Shown in pieces: positions 8,941 to 20,494 of a stretch of 64,000 nt of DNA. This stretch comes from an uncultured Serinicoccus sp. (GTDB lineage: Bacteria > Actinomycetota > Actinomycetes > Actinomycetales > Dermatophilaceae). Both the position numbers and the translations under genes were made by a program. The stretch is from contig NZ_CANKYH010000011.1 in assembly GCF_947487915.1 (NCBI RefSeq), forward strand, positions 9,919 to 73,918. Direction: 5' to 3'. Positions within the stretch are counted from its first letter, which is position 1; every line of letters begins with the position of its first letter. The notes beneath the pieces were generated by a model. That model was not told the origin of the DNA, did no database searches, and saw only the letters and a program-made list of their open reading frames with translations.

Positions 8941-9851
8941 TGGAGGGCCCTGCGTGTGCGGTCATGGCCCCTGGAGGGCCACCACCGCGCACAGACCCAG
9001 CTTGGCCGGCGAGTGGCCAGCCTCGCATGGTGCCGTGCCACCCGTACAGCGACCTGCGTGTGCGGTCATGGCCCTCAGAGGGCCACCCCCGCGCACGGCC
9101 AGCCCACCGACCGCCTGACTAGCCTCGCCAAGCCCCTCCGTGTGCGGTCGTGGCCCCTGGAGGGCCACCACCGCACACAGCCAGCCACCCGACCGCTAAG
9201 GGTCCCCGGCGGGGCCTCTGGCCTTCGCGGGCCCCACGTGTGCGGTCGTGGCCCCCTGAGGGCCACCACCGCGCACAGCCCCAGCCTGGCCGGCGAGTGG
9301 CCAGTCTCGCATTGTGCCGTGCCACCCCTAGAGCGACCTGCGTGTGCGGTCATGGCCCCTGGAGGGCCACCACCGCGCACGGCCAGCCCACCGACCGCCT
9401 GACCAGCCTCCTCGCGCCTCCATGTGCAGTCGTGGCCCCTGGAGGGCCACCACCGCGCACAGCCAGCCACCCGACCGCCTGACCAGCCTCGCCAAGCCCC
9501 TTCGTGTGCGGTCATGGCCCTCAGAGGGCCACCACCGCGCACAGCCAACCCAGCGACCGCCTGACCAGCCTCGCCAAGCCCCTTCGTGTGCAGTCATGGC
9601 CGCTGGGGGGCCACCACCGCGCACGGCCAGCCCACCCGACCGCCTGACCAGCCTCGCCAAGCCCCTTCGTGTGCGGTCATGGCCGCTGGGGGGCCACCAC
9701 CGCGCACAAGCCAGCCCACCCGACCGCTAGGGTCCCCGGCGGGGTCCTTCCTGTGCCGCAGGGCCTTCGCAAGCCCCTTCGTGTGCGGTCATGGCCCTCA
9801 GAGGGCCACCACCGCGCACGGCCAGCCCACCCGACCGCCTGACCAGCCTCG
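8941..9851. repeat. Intergenic modular array of ten 40-bp hairpin units (REP/BIME-like)
   Basis: Core CGTGTGCGGTC(A/G)TGGCCC-N5-GGGCCACCACCGCGCAC at 8953, 9057, 9139, 9237, 9341, 9421, 9503, 9585, 9668, 9780; linkers of 40-72 bp fall into three recurring classes. Confidence 0.95.
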
Positions 9852-9869
9852 CTCTCCCTGCCCCCGGGC

Positions 9870-10118
9870 TCAGTCCTCCTCGTCGACCCGCTCGTCCTCG
9901 AGCTGGGCCCGACGGCGCTCCATGCGGTCCTCGACGCGCCGTTCGAGGCCGGCCGCGAGCCGCTCGCGGTCCGGCGCGAGGAGGAAGTAAGAGACGACCA
10001 TGGAAGCCACCGCCGCCAGCACGGCCGCCCACAGCACGTTCAGGGTGAGCAGCCGCCCCAGGGCGAAGAAGCCGATGAAGACGAGCAGCCGCATGGCGGT
10101 GTAGCGGGCGACGATCAA
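9870..10118 (-). CDS. DUF4229 family small membrane protein
   Basis: RYTAMRLLVF...SYFLLAPDRERLA; TTG start overlapping ccsB stop (TTGA). Confidence 0.8.
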   Translation of the reverse strand: MIVARYTAMRLLVFIGFFALGRLLTLNVLWAAVLAAVASMVVSYFLLAPDRERLAAGLERRVEDRMERRRAQLEDERVDEED

Positions 10119-11113
10119 TTCGCGACCCCCGAGTAGGAGTGCAGCCCGGTCATGAGCAGGTTGACCACGGTGTAGTTGACGACGATGCAGGCGAACCCGG
10201 CGATGGCGACCCAGGTCGCCCGACGCGTGGTCCACCCGGACGTCGCGCGGGCGTGCAGGTAGGCGGCATACACCACCCAGATGACGAAGCTCCAGGTCTC
10301 CTTGGGGTCCCAGCCCCAGTAGCGGCCCCAGGCCTGCTCGGCCCACACGGCGCCCGACATCACCGCGAAGGTCCACAGCGGGAAGGCCACGATGTGCACG
10401 CCGTAGGTGATCCGCTCGAGCTTCACCGCCTCCGGCAGCGCGGCCAGCCAGCCCCGCACCTCCCCCTTGCGCTGGGCGCTGTCGCGGAGCAGGTAGGCCG
10501 TCGCGACCGCCGCGCCCAGCAGGAACAGCGCGATGGAGAGGGTGGCGACGGTGACGTGGATGACCAGCCAGATGTTGTCCAGGGCCGGCATGAGCTGGGA
10601 GGCCTCGGTGTACCACCACAGCTTGGCGGCCCCGAGGATGAGCAGCACCGGCACCACGACGAAGGCACCCAGCCACAGCCGGTCCCTGCGCAGGCTCCAC
10701 GCGGAGTAGACCACCAGCGCGAAGGAGGCCGTGAACAGCGCGAACTCGTACATGTTGCCCAACGGGGCGCGGGTCACCGACAGCCCGCGCAGCACCGTCC
10801 CGGCCACGACGAGGAAGGTCGCCAGCCAGGTGAGCTGCAGGCCGACCACGCCCCAGCGGCGGGTGGGCGCGGGAGCGTCGGCTGCCGACGCGAGGACCGG
10901 GCCCGGCCCGGGACCGACGGAGGTCGGCGGCGCCGCGCCCCCGGCCCCGGCCGCCACCGGGACCTCCTCCCGCGCCGTGCGGTCGGCGCGACGGGTGCGC
11001 CTCGAACCGGTGACCGCGAGGTGCACCGAGAAGGCGACCATGGCCAGGGCCAGCACCACGATGGCGGCCCAGATCGCGAGGTCGCTGGCCTGGGCCAGGG
11101 AAGCGTTCGTCAT
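10115..11113 (-). CDS. ccsB: Cytochrome c biogenesis protein CcsB/ResC
   Basis: PLGNMYEF, WLVIHV, WGRYWGWDPKETW (WWD domain). Confidence 0.96.
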   Translation of the reverse strand: MTNASLAQASDLAIWAAIVVLALAMVAFSVHLAVTGSRRTRRADRTAREEVPVAAGAGGAAPPTSVGPGPGPVLASAADAPAPTRRWGVVGLQLTWLATFLVVAGTVLRGLSVTRAPLGNMYEFALFTASFALVVYSAWSLRRDRLWLGAFVVVPVLLILGAAKLWWYTEASQLMPALDNIWLVIHVTVATLSIALFLLGAAVATAYLLRDSAQRKGEVRGWLAALPEAVKLERITYGVHIVAFPLWTFAVMSGAVWAEQAWGRYWGWDPKETWSFVIWVVYAAYLHARATSGWTTRRATWVAIAGFACIVVNYTVVNLLMTGLHSYSGVAN

Positions 11114-12801
11114 ACCTCATCCTTGTCTCGCGCGTCGTCCCGCGCCGCGTCCGCGGCGTCACCGGTCGCCCGGTCGGGTTCGAGGACCCGGCCGCCGCTC
11201 GCCCCGACGATCTGCTCGACGAGCTCGTCGACCAGGTTGTCCAGGCCGGGGTCGGTGCCCTTGGGCAGGGCGGCGACGCTCAGTCCAGTATGCCGCGAGC
11301 CCGGGTCGGCCGGATCGCCCGCACCCGGGTGGACGCGGACGAAGACCCGGCGCCTCCGGACACCGAGCATGAGCACCAGCCCGACGAGGGCCGTGCCCGC
11401 GAAGAGCAGGGCCGGCAGCCGGCCCGGGTCGTGCCGCACGAGCATGCCGCCCCAGCGGATGACCGTCTCCATCTCGATGGTGCCCCGGTCGCCCGGGACC
11501 TCCAGAACGTCGCCCGGGCGCAGCAGCATCCGGCTGGGCTGCCCGTCGTCCTGCATCACCTGGTCCAGGGACTCAGTGGGCAGCGAGAAGACCGACTGCG
11601 AGCGGCCCTCCGGGAAGAGCTCGCCCTCGTAGGCGGTGAGCACCAGGGCCGGGTCGACCAGACCCGGGAAGGACGAGGTCATCCCGGCCTCGCTGATGTC
11701 CAGGGTCGGCAGGAAACCGCCGGCGAAGCCCAGCCCCGGGTCGGCGCCGGGCACCTTGATGACGCCGTCCGAGCCGTAGGTGTTGTCCTGCGGCAGGAAG
11801 GTCACGGCGTCGGAGAAGAGGATCTCCCCGGCCTCGTCCCGGACGGTGACGACCGGGGCGTAGCCGTTGCCGAGGAGGAACATCGAGGTGCGGTCGACAG
11901 ACAACGGGTCGTTGACCCCGAAGCCGACCTGACGCTCGGACCCGTCGGCCTCGATGGTGGCCACCCCCTGGAAGACGCGCGGCTGGCCGAACTGCGCGCC
12001 CTCGGCCTGCGCCTCGAACTGCACGTCGAGGTCGTCCAGTCGGACGGTGAAGGCGGGGATGTCGGACTCGTCGACGAGCGGGCCGAGGCTGAGGGTGTCG
12101 AAGGTGCCGGCCCCCGAGGTCCAGGACTCGCCCTCCTTGATGATGATCTCGCCGCGCCAGCCGAAGAGGTGGCCGACCGCGACGGCGACGATGATGCCGA
12201 GCAGGGCCAGGTGGAAGAGCAGGTTGCCGGTCTCCTTGGCGAAGCCCTTCTCGGCAGCCACGACGAGGGCGCCGTCCTCCTCCTCGCGCAGCCGGAAGCG
12301 CCGCGCGGCGAGCCGGGACCGGGCCGCCGCGACCACGTCGTCCGGCGCCGCGTCCAGCACGAGGTGGCGGTGCACCGGGAGCCGTCCGAGCCGCGCGGGG
12401 CTGCGGGGCGGCTGCGCCCGCACCGCCCGCAGGTGCTGGCGCATCCGCGGCAGCACGCACCCGACGAGGCTGACCATGAGCAGCAGGTAGATCGAGGCGA
12501 ACCAGGGCGAGGAGTAGACCTCGAACATCCCGAGCCGGTCCAGCCAGCGGGCCAGGCCGGGGTCGTCCTCGAAGTACTGCCGCACCCGGACCGGGTCGAC
12601 CCCGCGCTGGGGGAAGATCGACCCGGGCACGGCCGCGACCGCCAGCAGCAGCAGGAGGGCCAGCGCCGTGCGCATGCTGGTGAGCTGGCGCCAGGCCCAG
12701 CGCGCCCAGCCCACCGGGCCCAGCCGCGGGCCGCCGAGGGTGGTGCGGTCCTTGGGGTAGCTCGCCTCGATCCGCTGCCGGTCCTGCTGGTCGGTGGCCA
12801 T
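11110..12801 (-). CDS. resB: Cytochrome c biogenesis protein ResB/Ccs1
   Basis: WRQLTSMRTAL, VYSSPWF, GNLLFHLAL; operon context. Confidence 0.93.
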   Translation of the reverse strand: MATDQQDRQRIEASYPKDRTTLGGPRLGPVGWARWAWRQLTSMRTALALLLLLAVAAVPGSIFPQRGVDPVRVRQYFEDDPGLARWLDRLGMFEVYSSPWFASIYLLLMVSLVGCVLPRMRQHLRAVRAQPPRSPARLGRLPVHRHLVLDAAPDDVVAAARSRLAARRFRLREEEDGALVVAAEKGFAKETGNLLFHLALLGIIVAVAVGHLFGWRGEIIIKEGESWTSGAGTFDTLSLGPLVDESDIPAFTVRLDDLDVQFEAQAEGAQFGQPRVFQGVATIEADGSERQVGFGVNDPLSVDRTSMFLLGNGYAPVVTVRDEAGEILFSDAVTFLPQDNTYGSDGVIKVPGADPGLGFAGGFLPTLDISEAGMTSSFPGLVDPALVLTAYEGELFPEGRSQSVFSLPTESLDQVMQDDGQPSRMLLRPGDVLEVPGDRGTIEMETVIRWGGMLVRHDPGRLPALLFAGTALVGLVLMLGVRRRRVFVRVHPGAGDPADPGSRHTGLSVAALPKGTDPGLDNLVDELVEQIVGASGGRVLEPDRATGDAADAARDDARDKDEV

Positions 12802-13568
12802 CAGAGCACCGTCTCGAAGCCGCTGACCAGCTGTGCCTGCACCCACGCGGTCAGGCCCGCCCACACCCCGCTCAGCATGAGCAGCCCCAGCACGACGAGC
12901 AGGCCGCCGCCCACGCGCTGGATCACCAGGTAGTGGTCGCGCAGCCACCGGGAGGCCCGGCTCACCCAGCCGACCCCCGCCGCCACGAGGAGGAAGGGCA
13001 GGCCCAGACCCAGGCTGTATGCCGTGCCCAGCACCACCGCGCGGCCCACCTGGTCCTCCCCCGGGACGATCGAGGTGCCGAGGGTCTGGATCGCCGCGAG
13101 CGCCGGGCCGGTGCAGGCGGTGAAGCCCAGCCCGAAGGCCACGCCGAGCAGGGGCGCCCCGGCCAGGCCGGCCGCGGGTCGCCACCGCAGCTGCCAGGAG
13201 GCGCCGGGCTGCACGATCATCACGAGGCCGAGGACCAGCACGACCGCCCCGGCCACGCGCAGCAGCAGGCCCTGGTGCTGCACGAGCGCCAGCCCCAGCC
13301 CGGAGATCGCCACGCTCATCAGGAGGAAGACCGCGGTGAAGCCCAGGACGAAGAGCAGCGCGCCGAGCACCAGCCGGCCCCGCGCCGGCCCGGCGGCGCC
13401 GGCCGCCGACGCGTCCTCGCCCGGGCGACCGGGCGTCATACCCCCGAGGTAGCCGAGGAAGCCGGGCACGAGCGGGAGCACGCAGGGCGAGGCGAAGGAG
13501 ACCACGCCCGCGAGCGCGGCCACACCCACGGCCAGCAGCAGCGGCCCGGTGAGGACGAGGTCGCTCAC
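12801..13568 (-). CDS. ccdA: Cytochrome c biogenesis protein CcdA
   Basis: VSFASPCVLPLVPGFL and FTACTGP cysteine motifs. Confidence 0.93.
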   Translation of the reverse strand: MSDLVLTGPLLLAVGVAALAGVVSFASPCVLPLVPGFLGYLGGMTPGRPGEDASAAGAAGPARGRLVLGALLFVLGFTAVFLLMSVAISGLGLALVQHQGLLLRVAGAVVLVLGLVMIVQPGASWQLRWRPAAGLAGAPLLGVAFGLGFTACTGPALAAIQTLGTSIVPGEDQVGRAVVLGTAYSLGLGLPFLLVAAGVGWVSRASRWLRDHYLVIQRVGGGLLVVLGLLMLSGVWAGLTAWVQAQLVSGFETVL

Positions 13569-14254
13569 CCGGCCGCCCCCTCCCCGCCCGCCTCTACGGT
13601 GCCGTCGGCCAGGACGTCCTCGACCAGGCTGCGCAACGTGGTGGCGTCGACCTCGCCGCTGACCCGGGCCGCGAGCCGCCCCTCGCCGTCGACCACCAGG
13701 GTGGTCGGGGTGGCCACCGCCAGGCTCCCGAGCTGGGCACGGGTCCGACCGCCGTCGTCCTGCAGGGACGGGTAGGGGACGTCGTACCTCTTCTCGAAGG
13801 CCAGCGCGTTCGGGATGGTGTCGCGCGAGTTGAGGCCGATGAAGGTCACCGGCTCCCCCGCCTCGCGCAGCGCGGTCTCGACCTCGACGAGGTCCGGGAC
13901 CTCCGCGACGCAGGGCCCGCACCAGGAGCCCCAGACGTTGACCACGACCACCTCGCCGGTGTGATCGGCGCTGCTCCAGGGCTCGTCCTCCAGGGTGGTG
14001 CCCTCGAGCACCACCTCCTGGTCGCGCTCGCCGACGGCGACCTGCTGGATGGTGCCGTCGCCGGCGACGTAGCCCTTCTGGTCGCCCTGCCGCATCTGCT
14101 CGTTGATGCTCGTGCCGTCCTCCCCGGAGCAGCCGGCGAGGGCAGCCACCGCGGCGAGGGCGGGGACCAGGAGGGCCCGCGTCCGCCGCGGACCGCGAGT
14201 CCGCCGCGGACCGCTGGCCAGTCGCGGACCGCGGCCCGCCGACGCGGCGCTCAC
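13565..14254 (-). CDS. TlpA/ResA thiol-disulfide reductase lipoprotein
   Basis: Lipobox LAGC, VVNVWGSWCGPC, PTTLVVD. Confidence 0.92.
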   Translation of the reverse strand: MSAASAGRGPRLASGPRRTRGPRRTRALLVPALAAVAALAGCSGEDGTSINEQMRQGDQKGYVAGDGTIQQVAVGERDQEVVLEGTTLEDEPWSSADHTGEVVVVNVWGSWCGPCVAEVPDLVEVETALREAGEPVTFIGLNSRDTIPNALAFEKRYDVPYPSLQDDGGRTRAQLGSLAVATPTTLVVDGEGRLAARVSGEVDATTLRSLVEDVLADGTVEAGGEGAAG

Positions 14255-14961
14255 CTCGTCACCTCGCCGGCCTCGCCGGTCACGTCCACCGCGGCGTCGA
14301 GCAGGTGACCGGCCGGCTCGGCATACATGACCCGGACGGGCAGCGGGCCGTGGAAGAGGATGGTGGTCACCGAGGCCAGGCTGCACCGGCGCCGCCGCGG
14401 GTGGTGCCACAGCCGCTCCCCCTGCACGGCGCGGCGCAGCGTCCAGATCGGCAGCTGGTGGCTGACCACGACGCCCTCGTGGCCCTTGACCTGATGGCGC
14501 AGGGCGTCCAGCCCGGCCCGCATCCGGGTGGCGATCTCGGCGTAGGGCTCGCCCCAGGAGGGGCGGAAGGGGTTGACGTAGAGCGGCCAGTGCCGGGGGT
14601 CGGCCAGCATGCGCCGGTCCACCCGCTCGCCCTCGAAGGCGTTGCCGCTCTCCACGAAGCGCTCGTCGACGTCGACCTCCACGCCGTGGACGCCCGCGAT
14701 CGGCTCGGCCGTCTCCCGGGCCCGCTCGAGCGGGGAGCTCACGACCCGTCGGACGTCCCGGTCGGCCAGGTGCTCCGCGGTGGCGTGCGCCATCCGTCGA
14801 CCGAGGTCGGAGAGGTGGTAGCCGGGCAGCCGACCGTAGAGGATGCGCTCGGGGTTGTGCACCTCGCCGTGCCGCACGACGTGCACGAGGGTGACGGGAG
14901 TGCCGTCGTGGAGGGTCCGTGGGGTGCCCTCGCTGGGGGGCAGACCGTCGGCTCCAGACAT
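14251..14961 (-). CDS. Histidine phosphatase family protein
   Basis: VVRHGEVHNP (RHG motif), SSPLERARET, VVSHQLPI; GAGAAT-N6-ATG. Confidence 0.92.
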   Translation of the reverse strand: MSGADGLPPSEGTPRTLHDGTPVTLVHVVRHGEVHNPERILYGRLPGYHLSDLGRRMAHATAEHLADRDVRRVVSSPLERARETAEPIAGVHGVEVDVDERFVESGNAFEGERVDRRMLADPRHWPLYVNPFRPSWGEPYAEIATRMRAGLDALRHQVKGHEGVVVSHQLPIWTLRRAVQGERLWHHPRRRRCSLASVTTILFHGPLPVRVMYAEPAGHLLDAAVDVTGEAGEVTR

Positions 14962-15006
14962 ACGCACATTCTCCCACGGCTCGCTGGGCGGGCGCTGGGA
15001 CGGCCC

Positions 15007-16329
15007 TCAGGCGATCTCGGCGGCGCTCTGCCCGATCGCCCGCACCGCGTGCTCGACCGCCTCGTCGTCGTGCGCGGCGGAGACGAACCACGACTCGAAA
15101 CAGCTCGGCGGCAGGTGCACCCCCCGGCGCAGCATGGCGTGGAAGAAGCGGCCGAAGAGCGCGGTGTCCTGGTCCTTGGCCTGCTCGTAGCCGGTGACCT
15201 GGCCCTCCCGGAAGAACACGCTGAACATCGAGCCCGCCCACTGGATGCGGTGGGGTATGCCGTGGCGCGTGAAGGCGTCGGTGACGGCGCCGGCGAGCGC
15301 CTCGCTCACCTCGTCGAGACGCTGGTAGACCTCGTCCGTGCACCGCTGCAGGGTGGCGAGACCGGCGGCCGAGGCGACCGGGTTCCCCGACAGCGTCCCG
15401 GCCTGGTAGACGGGGCCGTCCGGGGCGAGCCGGGCCATGACGTCGGCCCGGCCCCCGAAGGCCGCCGCGGGGAAGCCGCCGCCCATGACCTTGCCGAAGG
15501 TGAACAGGTCGGGAGCCCCACCCTCGGGCACGCCCTCCAGCCCGAGCCAGCCCGAGGCCGAGCAGCGGAAGCCGGTCATGACCTCGTCGCTGACGAGCAG
15601 GGCGCCGTGCTCGCGGGTGAGCCGCCGCAGCGCGTCGGTGAAACCGGGCGCCGGCGGCACCACCCCCATGTTGCCCGCGGCGGCCTCGGTGATGACCGCG
15701 GCGATCTCCGACCCCCGTTCGGCGAAGGCGGCCTCGAGCGCGGGGACGTCGTTGTAGGGCAGGACCACCGTCTCGCCGGCCGCGCTGGCCGGGACACCCG
15801 GGCTGTCCGGCAGCCCGAAGGTCGCCACCCCGGACCCGGCCGAGGCGAGCAGCGCGTCGACGTGCCCGTGGTAGCAGCCGGCGAACTTCACCACGACCGA
15901 CCGGTCGGTGAAACCCCGGGCCAGCCGGATGGCGCTCATGGTGGCCTCGGTGCCCGAGCTGACCAGACGCACCTGCTCGACCGGCTCCACCCGGGCCACG
16001 ATCTCCTCGGCGAGGGCGACCTCCCGGGCGGTGGGCATACCGAAGGAGAAGCCCTGCGCGGCGGCCTCGGTCACCGCGGCGCGGACCTCCGGGTGCGCGT
16101 GGCCGAGGATCATCGGGCCCCACGAGCAGACGAGGTCGAGGTAGCGGCGCCCGTCGGCGTCCCACAGCCAGGGGCCCTGCGCCCGCTCCATGAACCTCGG
16201 CGTGCCACCGACCGAGCGGAAGGCACGCACCGGCGAGTTGACGCCGCCGGGGATGACGGACTGCGCGCGGGCGAGGAGGGCGTCGGAGGCCGGGGCGGTG
16301 TCCGGGTGAGTCACGGGTTCGGCGGTCAT
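15007..16329 (-). CDS. hemL: Glutamate-1-semialdehyde 2,1-aminomutase
   Basis: [45 protein letters not shown]. Confidence 0.98.
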   Translation of the reverse strand: MTAEPVTHPDTAPASDALLARAQSVIPGGVNSPVRAFRSVGGTPRFMERAQGPWLWDADGRRYLDLVCSWGPMILGHAHPEVRAAVTEAAAQGFSFGMPTAREVALAEEIVARVEPVEQVRLVSSGTEATMSAIRLARGFTDRSVVVKFAGCYHGHVDALLASAGSGVATFGLPDSPGVPASAAGETVVLPYNDVPALEAAFAERGSEIAAVITEAAAGNMGVVPPAPGFTDALRRLTREHGALLVSDEVMTGFRCSASGWLGLEGVPEGGAPDLFTFGKVMGGGFPAAAFGGRADVMARLAPDGPVYQAGTLSGNPVASAAGLATLQRCTDEVYQRLDEVSEALAGAVTDAFTRHGIPHRIQWAGSMFSVFFREGQVTGYEQAKDQDTALFGRFFHAMLRRGVHLPPSCFESWFVSAAHDDEAVEHAVRAIGQSAAEIA

Positions 16330-16377
16330 GTCGACCAGCCTACGAGTGGACCGCGGCGCGTCGGCCCGGCGGGCGCC

Positions 16378-16851
16378 TCAGACGGCGTCGAGCGCCTCGT
16401 CCTCGCCGTGCCGGATCGCCAGCACCACCCGCCGCATGAGGTCGCCATGGGCGATGAGCTCCTCGCGGGTGAGGTGGTCCAGCAGCGCCGAGCGCACGCT
16501 CTGCACGTGCACCGGCGCGAGCTTGCGCAGCTGCGCCTGCCCGGTCTCGGTGAGCACCAGCACGACGCCGCGGCGATCCTGGGGGGCGCGCACCCGCTCC
16601 ACCCAGCCGCGCTTCTCGAGCCGGTTGGCGGTGTGGCTCACCCGGCTGCGCGACTGCACCACCAGGTGGGCCAGCTCGGCCATCCGCATCCGGCCCCCCG
16701 GCGCCTCCGAGACCATGCTCATCAGCTCGTACTCACCGAGGGAGACCCCCAGCTCGTCCAGCGCCTCCTCCATGAGGAGTCGCACGAGGTGCGAGCCGCG
16801 CAGGATCGAGCGCCAGGCCCGCTGCTCCTCGTCGTCCAGCCAGCGCACCAT
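16378..16851 (-). CDS. MarR family transcriptional regulator
   Basis: WLDDEEQRAWR, SRSRVSHTANRLEKRGWVER, DRRGVVLVLT. Confidence 0.92.
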   Translation of the reverse strand: MVRWLDDEEQRAWRSILRGSHLVRLLMEEALDELGVSLGEYELMSMVSEAPGGRMRMAELAHLVVQSRSRVSHTANRLEKRGWVERVRAPQDRRGVVLVLTETGQAQLRKLAPVHVQSVRSALLDHLTREELIAHGDLMRRVVLAIRHGEDEALDAV

Positions 16852-16857
16852 GCCCCG

Positions 16858-17846
<989 letters not shown>

Positions 17847-17850
<4 letters not shown>

Positions 17851-19490
17851 CGGCGCGACCGCGCACGCCGCGGCGCCGGCTTGCGGCGGCTCGGGCGCAC
17901 GAACTCCTCGCCCTGGGCGTGGGCCTGGGCCATCAGCTCCCGGGTGTGCTCCGCGAGCGCGTCGACCAGGCTGGTCGAGCTGGGCTCGGGGGCCACGACG
18001 TCGACCCGCAGGCCGTGCTCCTCGGCCGCCCTCGCGGTGGCCGGCCCGATGCACGCGACCACGGTGTGGGGATGCGGCTTGCCGGCGATCCCCACGAGAT
18101 TGCGGACGGTCGAGGAAGAGGTGAAGCAGACGGCGTCGAAGGCTCCGCCCTTGATCGCCTCACGGACCGAGGCGGCGGGCGGCGCGGCGCGGACGGTGCG
18201 GTAGGCGGTCACGTCGTCGACCTCCCAGCCCATGGCCTCCAGCCCCGCCACGAGGGTGTCGGTCGCGATGTCCGCGCGCGGCAGGAAGACCCGGTTGATC
18301 GGGTCAAGCACGTCGTCGAAGGGGGGCCAGGACTCCAGCAGGCCCTGGGCCGACTGCTCGCCGTCCGGGACGAGGTCGGGCTCCAGGCCCCACTCGCGCA
18401 GCGCCTGGGCGGTGACCCCGCCCACGGCCGCGAGCTTGAGGCCGGCGAAGGCCCGCGCGTCGAGCCCGAGCGCCTCGAACTTCTCACGGACCGCCCGCAC
18501 GGCGTTGACGGAGGTGAAGCCGATCCACTCGTAGCGGCCGGTCACCAGGCCCTTGACCGCGCGGTCCATCTGCTGCGGGGTCCGTGGCGGCTCCACGCTG
18601 ATGGTGGGGACGACCGAGGCGCTGGCCCCGTAGCCGGCGATCCGGTCGGCCATCGGCCCGGACTGCTCCTTGGTCCGCGGCACGAGGATGGACCAGCCGA
18701 ACAGCGGCTTGGACTCCCACCAGGACAGCTCGGCCTGGAGCTCCACCGGGTGGCCGACGACGGCGACCGTGTCCTCGCCCAGCTCTGCGGCCTCCTCCAG
18801 CGCCTCCTGCAGGGTCGTCACCCGGGTCTGCTGGGTGGTGGTGGTGCCGTGCTCGGTGAGGGCGGTGGGGCTGTCCCCGGGACGACCCGCCTGCAGCAGC
18901 TGCTGCAGGGCGCGCTGCAGGCGCCCCTGGGCGCCGCGCACGACGACCGTCACCTCCTCGGCGACCGAGTGCGACCAGTCGACCCCGGTGTCGGCCGCGT
19001 CGACGACGTGGACCTGACCGCGCTGGCCGTCGGGCAGCACGCCGGCGTAGGCCGGCACCGCCCAGGCGGCGCTCACCCCCGGGACGATCTCGAAGGCGAC
19101 CCCGGCGTCGTGGCACGCGCGGGCCTCCTCCACCAGCGACCCGCCGGAGACGTCGTCGGCGAGCAGCCGGACCACCAGGTGGGTGGCGTCGTCGAAGCCG
19201 CGGGCGGTCCGCACGAGCAGCTTGGACCGGGCGGCGGGGGTCAGGGCCGGGCCCTCCTCACCACGGACGGTGCGGACGATCTCGGTGTGCTCCCCCACCC
19301 AGGAGCGCACGTCCTGCTCCTGGTGGGCCGCGTCGACGACGACGACGTCGGCGACCGCGAGGTAGTCCCGCGCCCGCACGGTGAGCAGCCCCGGGTCACC
19401 GGGACCGGCACCGACGAAGGCGACGCGGGCGGCGGCGCTCGTGGGCAGCGGGGCGTGGGTCAGGTGGACGGGGGCGGCGTCGGTGCTCAC
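17847..19490 (-). CDS. hemD: Bifunctional uroporphyrinogen-III C-methyltransferase-like/synthase
   Basis: N-terminal [14 protein letters not shown]-terminal Hem[13 protein letters not shown]. Confidence 0.92.
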
Positions 19491-20494
19491 AGGTCGGACT
19501 CCGGGGTGTGTGACCCGGCAGCGACGAGGCCGGTCGGGTCGGGACGGTTCAGCAGGAGCGCGGCCATGGCACGGCCCAGCTCCTCCGGCGCGTCGACCGC
19601 GCCGGATGTCACGCGTCGCTGGGCCCCGGTGTCCAGGGCGGCGAAGGCGTGCAGGATGAGGGTGGCGGACGGCGGACCGTCGGCGGGGTGGTGCTCGCCC
19701 GACGGGCCCGGCTCGGCCAGGGCGCCCACGGGGGCGGTGCACCCCGCCTCGAGCGCGGCGAGCGCAGCGCGCTCGGCGCTGACCTGGGCCCGGGTGGCCG
19801 GGTGGTCGAGGATCTCGGCCAGCTCGGCCGCGAGCCCGGTGTCGTCGGCCCGGCACTCGACGGCCAGGGCCCCCTGGCCGGCGGCCGGCACCATGTCCTC
19901 GGTGTCGAGCACCTCGGTGGCCTCGTCGAGCCGGCCCAGCCGGGCCAGTCCGGCCCGGGCCAGGACGACGGCGTCCAGCACCTGGTCACGGACCATCCGG
20001 ATGCGGGAGTCGACGTTGCCGCGGATGTCGCGGATCTCCAGGTCAGGGCGCAGCAGCCCCAGCTGGGCGGCTCGTCGCGGTGACCCGGTGCCGACCACCG
20101 CGCCGGCGGGCAGGTCCCTGAGGGCGAGACCGTCGCGGGCGACCAGGACGTCGTGCGGGTCCTCCCGCTCGGGGACCGCCGCGACCACCAGGCCGTCGGC
20201 CGCTGCGGTGGGCAGGTCCTTGAGGGAGTGGACGGCCAGGTCGATGCGCCCGTCGAGCAGCGCTCCGCGCAGGGCGGAGGCGAAGACACCCGTGCCGCCG
20301 ATCTCGGTGAGGCTGCGGCGCGAGGTGTCGCCCTCGGTCGTGACGAGCACCAGCTCGATCTCGCGCCCGGCCGCCCGCAGCCGGTCCGCGACCCAGCCGG
20401 ACTGGCTGGTGGCGAGCGCGCTGCGGCGGGTCCCGAGCCGCAGCGGAGGAGTGGCGGAGGCCGGAGTGGTGGTTCCCGTGCCCGGGTCAGTCAT
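19487..20494 (-). CDS. hemC: Hydroxymethylbilane synthase
   Basis: LRLGTRRSALA, AVHSLKDLP, GTGSPRR, IRGNVDSR. Confidence 0.97.
   Translation of the reverse strand: MTDPGTGTTTPASATPPLRLGTRRSALATSQSGWVADRLRAAGREIELVLVTTEGDTSRRSLTEIGGTGVFASALRGALLDGRIDLAVHSLKDLPTAAADGLVVAAVPEREDPHDVLVARDGLALRDLPAGAVVGTGSPRRAAQLGLLRPDLEIRDIRGNVDSRIRMVRDQVLDAVVLARAGLARLGRLDEATEVLDTEDMVPAAGQGALAVECRADDTGLAAELAEILDHPATRAQVSAERAALAALEAGCTAPVGALAEPGPSGEHHPADGPPSATLILHAFAALDTGAQRRVTSGAVDAPEELGRAMAALLLNRPDPTGLVAAGSHTPESDL

Noticed and set aside
8941-9851. CRISPR array
   Set aside because: Repeat and spacer sizes look similar, but the spacers are copies of three recurring linker types, the repeats vary in their loop, and there is no cas gene or AT-rich leader; reported as a REP/BIME-like array instead
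14181-14232. 18-bp tandem repeat at the 5' end of the TlpA/ResA gene
   Set aside because: Only two and a half short in-frame copies in the signal-peptide n-region; most likely neutral slippage
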